Shown piece after piece: positions 10,117 through 19,899 of a stretch of 64,000 nucleotides of DNA; position 1 is the first letter of the stretch, and every line of letters starts with the position of its first letter. The DNA is from a bacterium. Its GTDB lineage: Bacteria > Zhuqueibacterota > Zhuqueibacteria > Residuimicrobiales > Krinioviventaceae. The notes below the pieces were generated by a model. It saw nothing but the letters and a program-made list of their open reading frames with translations. It was not told the origin of the DNA and made no database searches. Position numbers and translations under genes: made by a program. The stretch lies in contig OY843751.1 in NCBI GenBank assembly GCA_963693055.1, forward strand, positions 672,001 through 736,000, given 5' to 3'.

Positions 10117-11166
10117 TTGAAATTTAAACTATTCTTGATCGTGTTTGTGGGACTGCTGTTAACAGCCTGTTCTCACAAAGACATCCGGCAGATTAGTCCG
10201 GAAACCATGCAATCTATATATGAAACGGTAAAAACCCCCTATAAATATGGTATTGTTTTTAAACATCCGGATGATAAAAAAATGGTGGATTCTCCAACTA
10301 TTTTTCGTCATCAGGGCCAGTGGTATATGAGCTATATTGTGTTTGACGGCCAGGGGTACGAGACTTGGTTGTCGCAGAGTGATGACTTGTTACATTGGCA
10401 GTCACTGGGTAAAATACTGGACTTTACCGAAAATACCTGGGATGCTAATCAGAAAGCCGGTTATATCTCGCTGGTAGATATTAACTGGGGCGGCAGCTAT
10501 TCTGTTGAGAAATACACCGGTAAATACTGGCTTACCTACCTTGGCGGCGCCACTGAAGGCTACGAAGCCGGTACACTGGGGGTAGGATTGGCTTTTACCA
10601 ATGAACTGACACAGCCGGAACCCTGGCAGCGCTTTGAAAAGCCCATTCTGCTGCCGGGTGATAATGATGCCCGCTGGTTTGAAAAAAAGACAATCTATAA
10701 AAGCCTGGTGTTTAGGGACCCGGAACCGGTTACCGGCCATCCCTTTGTCATGTATTACAATGCCAAGGGTGATACTGCAAATTACGAGAGTATTGCCATG
10801 GCAGTCTCGGATAATATGACGGACTGGCAACGCTTTGGCGATGACCCGGTTATTACCCGTTATAAGGGCATTTGCGGAGACGCGCAGATCGTCAAAATTG
10901 GGGATGTATATGTTATGTTTTATTTTGGCGCGTTTTGGCGAGACGGAGCGTTTGATACTTTTGCCTGCTCATATGATCTTGTCAACTGGACGAATTGGGA
11001 CGGAGAAGATCTTGTAGCTCCATCCGAACCTTTTGACAAAAAATACGCGCATAAACCCTGGGTGATTTATCACAATGGTACGGTTTATCATTTTTATAAC
11101 GCTGTTGGTGACCAGGGGCGTGTTATTGCACTGGCAACATCGAAACCTTTGAATGAAATGAAGTAA
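10117..11166 (+). CDS. Lipoprotein glycosidase, five-bladed beta-propeller, GH137 beta-L-arabinofuranosidase-like
   Basis: Lipobox LTAC, 'YETVKTPYKYG', 'DSPTIF', repeated 'SDDLLHW/SYDLVNW' Asp-box-like units, 'AHKPW'. The GH137 label is recalled similarity. Confidence 0.7.
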   Translation: MKFKLFLIVFVGLLLTACSHKDIRQISPETMQSIYETVKTPYKYGIVFKHPDDKKMVDSPTIFRHQGQWYMSYIVFDGQGYETWLSQSDDLLHWQSLGKILDFTENTWDANQKAGYISLVDINWGGSYSVEKYTGKYWLTYLGGATEGYEAGTLGVGLAFTNELTQPEPWQRFEKPILLPGDNDARWFEKKTIYKSLVFRDPEPVTGHPFVMYYNAKGDTANYESIAMAVSDNMTDWQRFGDDPVITRYKGICGDAQIVKIGDVYVMFYFGAFWRDGAFDTFACSYDLVNWTNWDGEDLVAPSEPFDKKYAHKPWVIYHNGTVYHFYNAVGDQGRVIALATSKPLNEMK

Positions 11167-11176
11167 AGGAAAGTAT

Positions 11177-11476
11177 ATGCAATTTGTAGTCGTGGCGTAT
11201 GACCACAAGGATGAAAACGCGCTTGAAAGGCGCATGGCAGTACGGGAAAAGCATTTGTCAGATGCTTTTAAATATTATGATGAAGGAAAATGGTTGTCTG
11301 CGGCAGGGCTGCTTGATGATAATGGAAAAATGATAGGTTCCATGATAGTCTGTGAATACGAGTCCAGAGAACAGTTGGAAATTGAATGGCTGGAGCATGA
11401 ACCATATGTTCTGAATAATGTTTGGGATACCATCAATATCCATCCTGCAAAAGTAGCACCCTTTGAACAAAAATGA
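11177..11476 (+). CDS. YciI family protein
   Basis: 'R...REKHL', 'GSMIV', 'EPY'. Confidence 0.85.
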   Translation: MQFVVVAYDHKDENALERRMAVREKHLSDAFKYYDEGKWLSAAGLLDDNGKMIGSMIVCEYESREQLEIEWLEHEPYVLNNVWDTINIHPAKVAPFEQK

Positions 11477-12092
11477 TAGTGAGGAATTTGTGGAAAAACT
11501 GATAGCGAATTTGAAAAAGCGTAAAATGAATGGATATATTGTAGAAAGTATAGAACAGGCAGTTGAAAAAATATATGAATTGTTGCCTGTAGGAGCATCT
11601 GTAGGCTTTGGCGGCAGTGTAACTCTTGAACAGATTGGTATTCTGGACGAATTGCGTCAACGTAGTGATTTTGATCTGCTGGACCGCACCCAGATCAAAG
11701 ATCCCGCAGATTTGCCGGCATTGTACCAGTGTATGTTTGCCGCGGATGTGTTTTTGAGCAGTTGTAATGCCATTACTGAAAAAGGCCAGATTGTTAATGT
11801 GGATGGACGCGGAAACCGTGTAGCTGCAATAACGTTTGGACCGAAAAAAGTTGTTATTATAGCGGGTAGAAATAAAATTACTCCGGACCTGAACTCTGCT
11901 ATGGACCGTGTTAAAAAAGTGGCAGCACCGATGAATGTAAAACGAGTGAATGAAGCTGCAAAAGCTTCAGGGAATGCGGCTGCATTTGAATGGGATGATG
12001 AAAATATATGGGGACAGGTGAGTATTATTGAGCGCCAACTGGACCCTGAACGTATACATGTGATTTTGGTGAATGAAGAATTGGGATATTAA
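11463..12092 (+). CDS. LUD-domain (LutC/YkgG-like) protein
   Basis: 'GGSVTL', 'NAITEKGQIVNVDGRGNRVAA', 'GRNKI', 'ILVNEELGY'. Confidence 0.9.
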   Translation: MNKNDSEEFVEKLIANLKKRKMNGYIVESIEQAVEKIYELLPVGASVGFGGSVTLEQIGILDELRQRSDFDLLDRTQIKDPADLPALYQCMFAADVFLSSCNAITEKGQIVNVDGRGNRVAAITFGPKKVVIIAGRNKITPDLNSAMDRVKKVAAPMNVKRVNEAAKASGNAAAFEWDDENIWGQVSIIERQLDPERIHVILVNEELGY

Positions 12093-13171
12093 TTCAATGG
12101 CACTCCATGCGTGAAAGTCAGGTGTGGGGCCGAGTGTCTGGCTGTTAACGGACGATTCGTTTTTAATAATTCTATGGCCGTATCATTTTGCCAATGACGG
12201 TTCAGAATTTCAAAATAGCTGTAATAATCTGTGCCATGCATTTCTTCGGGGTTGCCATCCCAATATGGAAAAGATGCAGGGTTTTGGGACCATTCTGCAA
12301 TGGGACCCGTATACGCAAGCTTTAATGACCTGTTGTTGGGGGCCACATAGTCAAACAGATTGTATCCGCTATTGTACAGGATCTCTGCGGCCAATGTCTG
12401 CGGCATGAGAGAAAAATGGGAATACCAGATGCCCGAGCGTCCGTTGTTTCGATGGATTTCATGCGGCAGTATCCCGTTCTCATCAATCTGGCTTTCAATA
12501 AAATATTTCCAGCGCTCTGCACAAGTCGTGAGTTTTTCATTGTCGCCAAGATAAGCAGCGCACGATGCTGCCAGCACAATCCCCCAGTTTCCCCAGTTGT
12601 TTTTGCGGTGCATGGTATTCATGTCATAGGCTTTATCCCGCAGAAAAGTGCTGAACACTTTTTGTTTTGATTCACGCCATGCTCTGGTATTTCTCAATAA
12701 ATCCGCGGCAAAAATCATTGCGGGGAAATGATAGCTGAATGAGAGCAGGGAATCATCGGCGCGGCTCATGCTGTCTACTTTTGTGGCCCATGCGTTTATA
12801 ATGCGCAATGCTGGTTCTGCGTATTTCATGTCCCCGGTTATGCGATAACAAAGGGCAAAGGTATAGCTGAGGTTGGCATCGTTTTGCAGTACATTTTTTG
12901 CAGAAAGGTGACCTTCTGCATCGCGGTAATATCCCGGAACGTACCAGATGGTCGGGGGTAAAGGAGTATGGTTTATGTTGGCATCGGCTTCTTTTTTGAG
13001 CGCCAGAAACGCGCTGTACTGCGGTTCTGATTTATCATCTACAGCGGATTTCGATACTTTTATACGGGCATCTGAAATCAAAACCGGATTATGGTTTGGC
13101 TTATTATGTATTGTACAAGAGAGTAGCAATATAAAAACGAGAAATGAAATATGTAGGTTTTTCGGCCGCAT
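12089..13171 (-). CDS. Alginate lyase family (PL5-like alpha/alpha barrel) lipoprotein
   Basis: Lipobox LLSC, 'INAWA', 'NNWGNW', 'G.LPHE..R', 'GIWYSHFSL'. Confidence 0.8.
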   Translation of the reverse strand: MRPKNLHISFLVFILLLSCTIHNKPNHNPVLISDARIKVSKSAVDDKSEPQYSAFLALKKEADANINHTPLPPTIWYVPGYYRDAEGHLSAKNVLQNDANLSYTFALCYRITGDMKYAEPALRIINAWATKVDSMSRADDSLLSFSYHFPAMIFAADLLRNTRAWRESKQKVFSTFLRDKAYDMNTMHRKNNWGNWGIVLAASCAAYLGDNEKLTTCAERWKYFIESQIDENGILPHEIHRNNGRSGIWYSHFSLMPQTLAAEILYNSGYNLFDYVAPNNRSLKLAYTGPIAEWSQNPASFPYWDGNPEEMHGTDYYSYFEILNRHWQNDTAIELLKTNRPLTARHSAPHLTFTHGVPLN

Positions 13172-13403
13172 GTTTTTCCTTTGTTGATTTTTAATAAGTT
13201 AGAAAATTTTGAAAAATTTCCAAGTTTGAAAATAAATGTAAACACATTTGGGTTGAAATTCGTTATATTAGAAACACCCCCGTAACCAAATAAATATTAA
13301 AAACAACTGCTGAAGTCATGGAAATATGAATTGTAGATCAGTTCATTAAATGACCATGTTGGGGATTAGCATGTAGTGACTATTTTTGAGGGAGAGAAGA
13401 GAA

Positions 13404-14789
13404 ATGCGTATTAAAAAGATCATGTTGTGCCTGTTGTTGTTTGCTGCCGGAATGTACGCGCAAGAGTCTGTGGGATTCAAAGATCCGAATGATATACAGC
13501 CTCTGCTGGACTATCGCCTGCCCGATTGGGGGTACAATGTCTTTCGACTTTCTTTGGATTTGAATGGCTCTGATAATTCATCTAAGCAAAGGGGTTATGA
13601 ACGAAACGCAAATAATAATTCTTTAAACCTGGTTCCTGGAGTTAAAATATATAGAGAAAGTGAAAAACAAATTTTGACATTAAATGGATCAGTAGGTATA
13701 TCTCGAAAGACAGAAAGTAATACAAGCATTTCAATACTACCAGATAGTATATATTCAAAAAGTAATTATAAACAATATACTGTTGCATATAATTTTGTGG
13801 TTGACTGGAATTATTATTTAAAAGGGCGACATTTTCTAGATCTGAAATTGAATGTTAATCAAAAATATGAAGAAGTAAAAGGAAAGAGTTTATATCAATA
13901 CCGCTCTGTTGGTCAAAGTCGTTCCAGTAAAACAGTTCAGCAGCGTGTTGAAACATACTCTTTATTGGGTTATGGTTTTGGACGCGTGCGGGATGTGACG
14001 CATACTATACGGGCAATGCGTTTTCGGGAAAGAGCCCGGGTCGTCGGAATTGATGCGCTTGATGATCCTAAAGCCGTTTATAAAATAGCGGAATTGTTAA
14101 GCAAATATAGCAGCTATAGAACCGTCTATGACAGGTCTCAAAAGTATTTTTGGCGGGATTATTACGAGTTATTTTCAGATCTGGAATTTGATGCATATAA
14201 ACATTATTATATTGCCGATGCTCTTTCAGAAAATATTGGGTCCCGATTCGAAGGATGGAAAGTAAGCTTTGGATTAAGTCATATAACGTATTTTAATCAA
14301 AGTATGAGCACATCAATTGAAAAATCAAAAAATAAAAGATATGGTGCTTATTTAAATTTTCAATATTATAAAAATTACAGCCTGAGAAACCAGTTCAGTA
14401 CTAAAATCTCGGGTAATTATGAGGATTTATCTGTTGATGAATTTGTTAGGTACAATCCCAAATCAAACTTTAGCTGCGAAATTAGGAATCTTACAGTTCT
14501 TACTGATCGAATTACCTGGTCCAATATATTTTCAGCCAGGGTAAATTATTTTAAATTTAATCCAAAGGAGGAGGATATTACTGATCTGGAATCAAAATAT
14601 TATTTGGACCAAAAATCGTTTGATTTAAGTACAATTTTCAGATATTATATAGAAGATAATGTTGTTTTGACAGCAAATATGCAATATCTTTTGTCGCGTC
14701 CTGAATTTAACAATCCAAGATTTAATAGGCAGAACAGCTTTACATATAATATTGGCATTGATTATTATTTCGACAAGAGTTTATTTTAA
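13404..14789 (+). CDS. Hypothetical outer-membrane protein
   Basis: Signal peptide MRIKK...MYAQ, Tyr/Phe-rich amphipathic strands, 'GYGFGRVRDVT', aromatic C-terminus. Confidence 0.7.
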   Translation: MRIKKIMLCLLLFAAGMYAQESVGFKDPNDIQPLLDYRLPDWGYNVFRLSLDLNGSDNSSKQRGYERNANNNSLNLVPGVKIYRESEKQILTLNGSVGISRKTESNTSISILPDSIYSKSNYKQYTVAYNFVVDWNYYLKGRHFLDLKLNVNQKYEEVKGKSLYQYRSVGQSRSSKTVQQRVETYSLLGYGFGRVRDVTHTIRAMRFRERARVVGIDALDDPKAVYKIAELLSKYSSYRTVYDRSQKYFWRDYYELFSDLEFDAYKHYYIADALSENIGSRFEGWKVSFGLSHITYFNQSMSTSIEKSKNKRYGAYLNFQYYKNYSLRNQFSTKISGNYEDLSVDEFVRYNPKSNFSCEIRNLTVLTDRITWSNIFSARVNYFKFNPKEEDITDLESKYYLDQKSFDLSTIFRYYIEDNVVLTANMQYLLSRPEFNNPRFNRQNSFTYNIGIDYYFDKSLF

Positions 14790-14797
14790 AATTGCTT

Positions 14798-16903
14798 TCA
14801 ATTCTGATCTACTTTGAAGCGTATTTTAAACGCAGCCCCGTTTTGGTTTTGAACGGTCATTTTTCCGTCAAGCTGTTGAGATAGCATGTGCATTAATTGT
14901 AGTCCAAGAGTATTGCTGTTTTCAATGTTGAAATCTTCAGGCAGACCTCTGCCATTGTCCTGAACAATCAATTCATAAGTCGAGGCGCTATCGGCTTGAA
15001 AAGAAATGTTGACCTTGCCATTGTTCGAGTTTAGAAACGCGTGTTTATAAATATTTGTAAGCAATTCGTTTAATACCAAACCACAGGGAATTGCGTGGTT
15101 GACATCGAGCTGTACATCTTTAACATCCATGTTGAGTTCTATGTCTTTTTCAGGTGCCAGGGTATGTTTAAGGTTAATGGCCAGGGTTTCTATATATTTT
15201 TTCATATCAACTTTTGAAAAGTCATCAGATCTGTACAAATGCTCATGAACAAGAGCCATTGAAAAAATACGGTTTCGACTTTCGTTAAAAGCTTCAAAGG
15301 CCTGTTCTTTGTCTATAATGGTTCGGGCCTGAAGATTGAGCAGACTGGTAATTATTGTGAGATTGTTCTTTACCCGATGGTGGATCTCTTTTAATAAAAC
15401 TTCTTTAACTTTCAAGTCGTCTTGTATTTGAATTTCAGCCAATTTATGTTCTGTAATGTCCTGGTGGGTGCCGGAACGTTTTATTTCTATACCATTTTCA
15501 TCATATGTACTGACCCAGTGATCATGAATATAGCAGATTTTGCCATCAGGGTGTATAATTCTGAATTCTAAAAGCGTTTCATTGTTGCCGTTTTGTGCTT
15601 TTTCTCTTGCTTTGGTCAAGATATGTAAATCATCTGGATGTAAAAGTGAAATCACAAGTTCAGAAGTTATGGTGGTGCCGGGATCTACTCCCCAAATTAG
15701 ATAACTTTCATCTGACCAGTATAAAGTTTGGGTCTTTAAATTTTCATGGAAATTCCCAATCTTTGCCATGTGCTGTGCTTCTAACAATTCATTCTGTTTT
15801 TGCAGAATCAAGGCCTCTGTTTTTTTTCTTTCCGAAACATCATGGTAATTCATGAGGATCCCTTGAATATTGGGATCATGGATGCGATTCACGGCAGTGG
15901 ATTTGACCCATTTATATTCTCCGTTTTTACATCTATATTTTACTTCCATAGTTTTAAAGACATTTTCAACCTTTGTAAGTTCATTAAAAATAGTATTAGC
16001 ATATTCTAATGAATCCGGATGCAAAAGTTCCCACGTGTTGCGACCAATCAGTTCTTTGGGTTTCCAGCCAAACCATTTTTCAAGATTACTGCTCTTGTAT
16101 TTAATAATTCCATCAAGACTAATAATTGCAATGACATCAGAAATGTTTTCCAACATGGCTTTCTGTTTGGCTTCGTTGGTTTCCAATTCTTGTTGAGCAA
16201 TATCTCGTTCTCGGGAATTTTTTTGGATCTGGCCCATCATGTTATTGAAACCATGATACAATTGTGCTATTTCGTCAGCGCCATTGCATTCCACACGTTT
16301 CGAGTAATCCTGTGTGCTTGAAATATTGTTGATTACCTGAGCAAGATCCAGAATGGGCTGAGACAGTGTTCTTTGAAAACGATTTGCCAGGAAAAATGAG
16401 ACAATTAGCATGGTAAGAAAAACCAAAATCATTGTTAATTTGTAATCAGATAATTGGTCCTCCATTTTTAATACGGATGCTTTAACAAAAATATAACCAT
16501 AAAGTTTATTATTATAATTTATGGGTTGTATGATATACAAATAATCACCTTCAAATGTACCGTTTATCTCCAGGTTGGGTCTTGGAAGACTATCCTGGGT
16601 TGAGGATTTGCTGACCATCGCAAAGATTTCATCATTACTATCGTACAACCAGCATTCATTAACCTGTTCAATTGTAAATATTTTAGATAAAAGTTTGTGA
16701 GCTCCATTGCGATCATCAAATGACAGGGGAGAAACACATATCTCGCCAACAAGTTTTGTCCCGGTTAATACTTCATTGGTGAGATTAGTTTTTTCTTCAT
16801 TAATTTCAAAAGTAAGTATTGCCACCAAACCGGATGTGGCAACGAGTAATACTATTATAATAACAATGAGGATGAGTTTATATTTTATTGATATACTTTT
16901 CAT
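14798..16903 (-). CDS. Sensor histidine kinase: CHASE8-like periplasmic domain, HAMP, 2 PAS/PAC, HisKA_2 and HATPase
   Basis: 'PLSFDD...A..LL', HAMP 'DEIAQLYHGFNNM', 'LHPD' PAS motifs, 'EIHHRVKNNL', 'NELLTNIYKHAF', 'QDNGRG', 'LGLQL'. Confidence 0.92.
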   Translation of the reverse strand: MKSISIKYKLILIVIIIVLLVATSGLVAILTFEINEEKTNLTNEVLTGTKLVGEICVSPLSFDDRNGAHKLLSKIFTIEQVNECWLYDSNDEIFAMVSKSSTQDSLPRPNLEINGTFEGDYLYIIQPINYNNKLYGYIFVKASVLKMEDQLSDYKLTMILVFLTMLIVSFFLANRFQRTLSQPILDLAQVINNISSTQDYSKRVECNGADEIAQLYHGFNNMMGQIQKNSRERDIAQQELETNEAKQKAMLENISDVIAIISLDGIIKYKSSNLEKWFGWKPKELIGRNTWELLHPDSLEYANTIFNELTKVENVFKTMEVKYRCKNGEYKWVKSTAVNRIHDPNIQGILMNYHDVSERKKTEALILQKQNELLEAQHMAKIGNFHENLKTQTLYWSDESYLIWGVDPGTTITSELVISLLHPDDLHILTKAREKAQNGNNETLLEFRIIHPDGKICYIHDHWVSTYDENGIEIKRSGTHQDITEHKLAEIQIQDDLKVKEVLLKEIHHRVKNNLTIITSLLNLQARTIIDKEQAFEAFNESRNRIFSMALVHEHLYRSDDFSKVDMKKYIETLAINLKHTLAPEKDIELNMDVKDVQLDVNHAIPCGLVLNELLTNIYKHAFLNSNNGKVNISFQADSASTYELIVQDNGRGLPEDFNIENSNTLGLQLMHMLSQQLDGKMTVQNQNGAAFKIRFKVDQN

Positions 16904-16914
16904 GTTCTATATTC

Positions 16915-17484
16915 TTAATCATTAATAACTGTACCAGCTGCCTGAAGTAATAAATAACTCATTGACAAGTTAGATTGTTTAACTGTTGAATTGTTGATTG
17001 AAAAGCGTATTGAACCTTCGTTTATAAAAAAGTTAATGTGAACTCCTTTTTCAATACATGTTTTGCAATCACTTATTGTTAATATGGGTTTGTTTTTGGT
17101 GAAATTTAAAATGTTTATTAAATCCTGATCTGTTTTTGGAGATACAAGAAGAATATGGGTAGTTTGTAAATCCGTATGTGATTTAAAATACTTGAACGAT
17201 ATTTTTTTGTCTTTAATTTTGACTTTTTGTTCAGTGTACAATTGTTGAATATTGGAATTTAATTGATTATTACCAATAACACCAATTATAAATTCCTGGC
17301 TATTTAATGTCGAATCCTGTGGCCATTCAATAAACTGTGTAAAGCGTTCAACAAAGGCAGCTTTAACAATATAGCTTTGTGTCTGTCCAAATGCAATGGA
17401 TGATGATATGAAACCAACCACTAGTAAATAGAGAATGGTACTTTTTATTTTTTTAAAAATATAATGTAACTTTATGATAAACAT
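16915..17484 (-). CDS. YfiR/DUF4154 periplasmic signalling protein
   Basis: 'VKAAFVERFTQFIEWP', 'IGVIG', 'PILTISD', 'INF', 'IRFSIN', 'LSMSYLLL.A'. Confidence 0.9.
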   Translation of the reverse strand: MFIIKLHYIFKKIKSTILYLLVVGFISSSIAFGQTQSYIVKAAFVERFTQFIEWPQDSTLNSQEFIIGVIGNNQLNSNIQQLYTEQKVKIKDKKISFKYFKSHTDLQTTHILLVSPKTDQDLINILNFTKNKPILTISDCKTCIEKGVHINFFINEGSIRFSINNSTVKQSNLSMSYLLLQAAGTVIND

Positions 17485-17500
17485 TCACTATACCATTTTA

Positions 17501-19654
17501 TTAAAATTTTCTACCCAATGTTAACATGAATTCTCGTCCGTAACCCAAAGTGCCTTTATCTGCCCATCGATTATTAGTAAATGTTGGATATCTGATTTCT
17601 GAATCAAGCAGGTTATAAATATTCATATTTATAAAATATCCTTTATTAAACAGATCGTTATATCTGAAATTAATGCTGGTTAGAAAATAACCATCCGTTT
17701 TTTGTCCAATCCTTCCTATAGGAGTTTGATCGGGTTTGTGAATGTCAGGTTCTGTGTCCCAATATGTTTCCATGCTGCTGACATATTGGCCCAAAATTGA
17801 AGCTGATATCTGGTTGTTAATTCTATATCTGGCCTTGAGGTAGCCCAGCTTTTGTGGAGAATAGGCAACTTTGATATCATTAAATTCTGCCCTCTCATCA
17901 GATGTGTTTTGTAAAGAACCGCTTGTTTGAATGTAAAAATTGTTATAGATATCCAATGTGATCAATAATTCCATCCCATTTGTAATCATTCTACCCGCAT
18001 TTGAAAAATAGGATTGGTAATAATTTGTGTTTTCATCAAGCTCTGTTACTCGTGTAATAAGATTGTCTAGTTTATTGTGAAAAATGCTAAAGCTTGTTGT
18101 CAGATTTGAATTCAGGACAGATTGATAATTGAACTCTATTGTCTCAATTTTTTCGGGTTGTAATATGTCACTTTCTGCGCGTAGCTGTAAATAATCCTGA
18201 AAAAAAGAGGGTCGGTTTATCGCTTTGCCGAATAAGAGTTTCAGTATATGCCTGTTATACAAATTATAGATAGCAGCAATACGAGGGATAAATTCAATAT
18301 TTTCGCGATCTATCGTGCTCGAAAGTTGTTTATGCATCGTTGTTTGGTTATTTATATCTGCCAGTATTTCGTATTTTAGAGTTTTTTCAAGTCGTAAACC
18401 TGTAATAAACATGAGATTATGTGTTGGTTTATATTCAATTTGCGAAAATGCAGCCAGTAAGGTAATTCCTTCATCTTTAGGGATTGTAGTTAATGTGCGT
18501 TCAAACGAGGGTGTGTTAAATGAGGGTATATCATACAGGTTGTAAGCATCCAGAATACTTTTAAACAAAGTCCCGGAAGTTATATTTATTTTATTGTTCG
18601 GTTTGTAAAACATGTCTATTGTAAAATCCCACGCATTACTCTCCAACTGTTGTAAACCATAAAAGTTGCCATCAAAAAAGCTATATTTAAACCAGGCTCT
18701 ATCCTTGAAATAAGATAACTTGAAATCTAAATTTAATTTTTCAGTTAAATGGCTTTTATAACCTGTTGTAATATTGTAGTCAATGTACGAGTTTAAATTT
18801 CCTTCGCCATAAGCCGGAATATTATATTGCATACCTTGTTCTGTTTCGACCAAAACCAGATTATAATATATATTGTTTGTTGTACCACTGATGTCCAGAT
18901 ATTTATTATTTACCTGCATTTTACCACCCGTCGTATAATCGGATTTTATACCCCAATTTTGAAGTGGCTTTGTATTAGATACAAGTTGATCAATGTGTTG
19001 ATCAATTCCATCGGTGTGAAAACTCGCCGCATTAATAGAGAGTAAGCTGGTCTCTGTTTTGTTATTAACGCTTGCAAAAAAATTATGTGTGTTTGAGGTC
19101 CCTAAACTGGTTGCTGAATAAAAATGTGGATCTGTTTCTCCATTTGTGATAATGTTAATTGCTCCAAAAAAGGCGCCGCTGCCATAGATTACAGACATGG
19201 GTCCCCGAACCACTTCAATCCTGTCTATTGCTTCAACCGGAACCGGAATTTCAGGCAATGGATGGTTTGAAGCAACATTCTTGGTTTGAGGAATGTTGTT
19301 CACGAGTATTATCAAATTGTCGTTAGCAACACCGGACCAAAAGCCGCGAACTCCAAATTTTACACCATCGTATGAATAATCATTTATCATATAGAGGCCG
19401 GTAATGTTTTGTAAAATTTCACTCAGGCTTGTATATCCAAACGATTCAATTTCCTGACGTGTCAAAATGATAGTGCTTGCAGGGATTTCACTTATAGCCT
19501 GGGGTGTTTTGCCTGCGGTGGTAACTTTGACAGACAACAGTTCTTCAAGTGACATGTTGAATATTTGATCTATTTGTTGCGAGTTTGAATCTGAAGCGAA
19601 TAGTATTTCAGCAAATATAAATATGAATATTATCGATATTTTAATTGGATACAT
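17501..19654 (-). CDS. TonB-dependent receptor
   Basis: 'MSLEELLSVKVTTA', plug 'IDRIEVVRGPMSVIYGSGAFFGAINIIT', 'LQPEKIETIE', C-terminal 'GREFMLTLGRKF'. Confidence 0.93.
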   Translation of the reverse strand: MYPIKISIIFIFIFAEILFASDSNSQQIDQIFNMSLEELLSVKVTTAGKTPQAISEIPASTIILTRQEIESFGYTSLSEILQNITGLYMINDYSYDGVKFGVRGFWSGVANDNLIILVNNIPQTKNVASNHPLPEIPVPVEAIDRIEVVRGPMSVIYGSGAFFGAINIITNGETDPHFYSATSLGTSNTHNFFASVNNKTETSLLSINAASFHTDGIDQHIDQLVSNTKPLQNWGIKSDYTTGGKMQVNNKYLDISGTTNNIYYNLVLVETEQGMQYNIPAYGEGNLNSYIDYNITTGYKSHLTEKLNLDFKLSYFKDRAWFKYSFFDGNFYGLQQLESNAWDFTIDMFYKPNNKINITSGTLFKSILDAYNLYDIPSFNTPSFERTLTTIPKDEGITLLAAFSQIEYKPTHNLMFITGLRLEKTLKYEILADINNQTTMHKQLSSTIDRENIEFIPRIAAIYNLYNRHILKLLFGKAINRPSFFQDYLQLRAESDILQPEKIETIEFNYQSVLNSNLTTSFSIFHNKLDNLITRVTELDENTNYYQSYFSNAGRMITNGMELLITLDIYNNFYIQTSGSLQNTSDERAEFNDIKVAYSPQKLGYLKARYRINNQISASILGQYVSSMETYWDTEPDIHKPDQTPIGRIGQKTDGYFLTSINFRYNDLFNKGYFINMNIYNLLDSEIRYPTFTNNRWADKGTLGYGREFMLTLGRKF

Positions 19655-19899
19655 GGGTGCCTCTACTGCAATACTTCTGTACAGATTAATAAAAAATATT
19701 ACAATTTATATGCCATTATTTACAGTTTAGTTAAAGTTGGTGTATAAAATTGTAATAGTTGGTTATAATCAGAAAACGTTAAAAGGCTTGATCTAAATTC
19801 CCCTTGTTGTAATATTTTATTTTAATTATATTTTATTTTAACCTGGGGCATTGACGTTCTGAATGGTCCGAGTGTTTCATAATTTATTTGGGGATGTAA

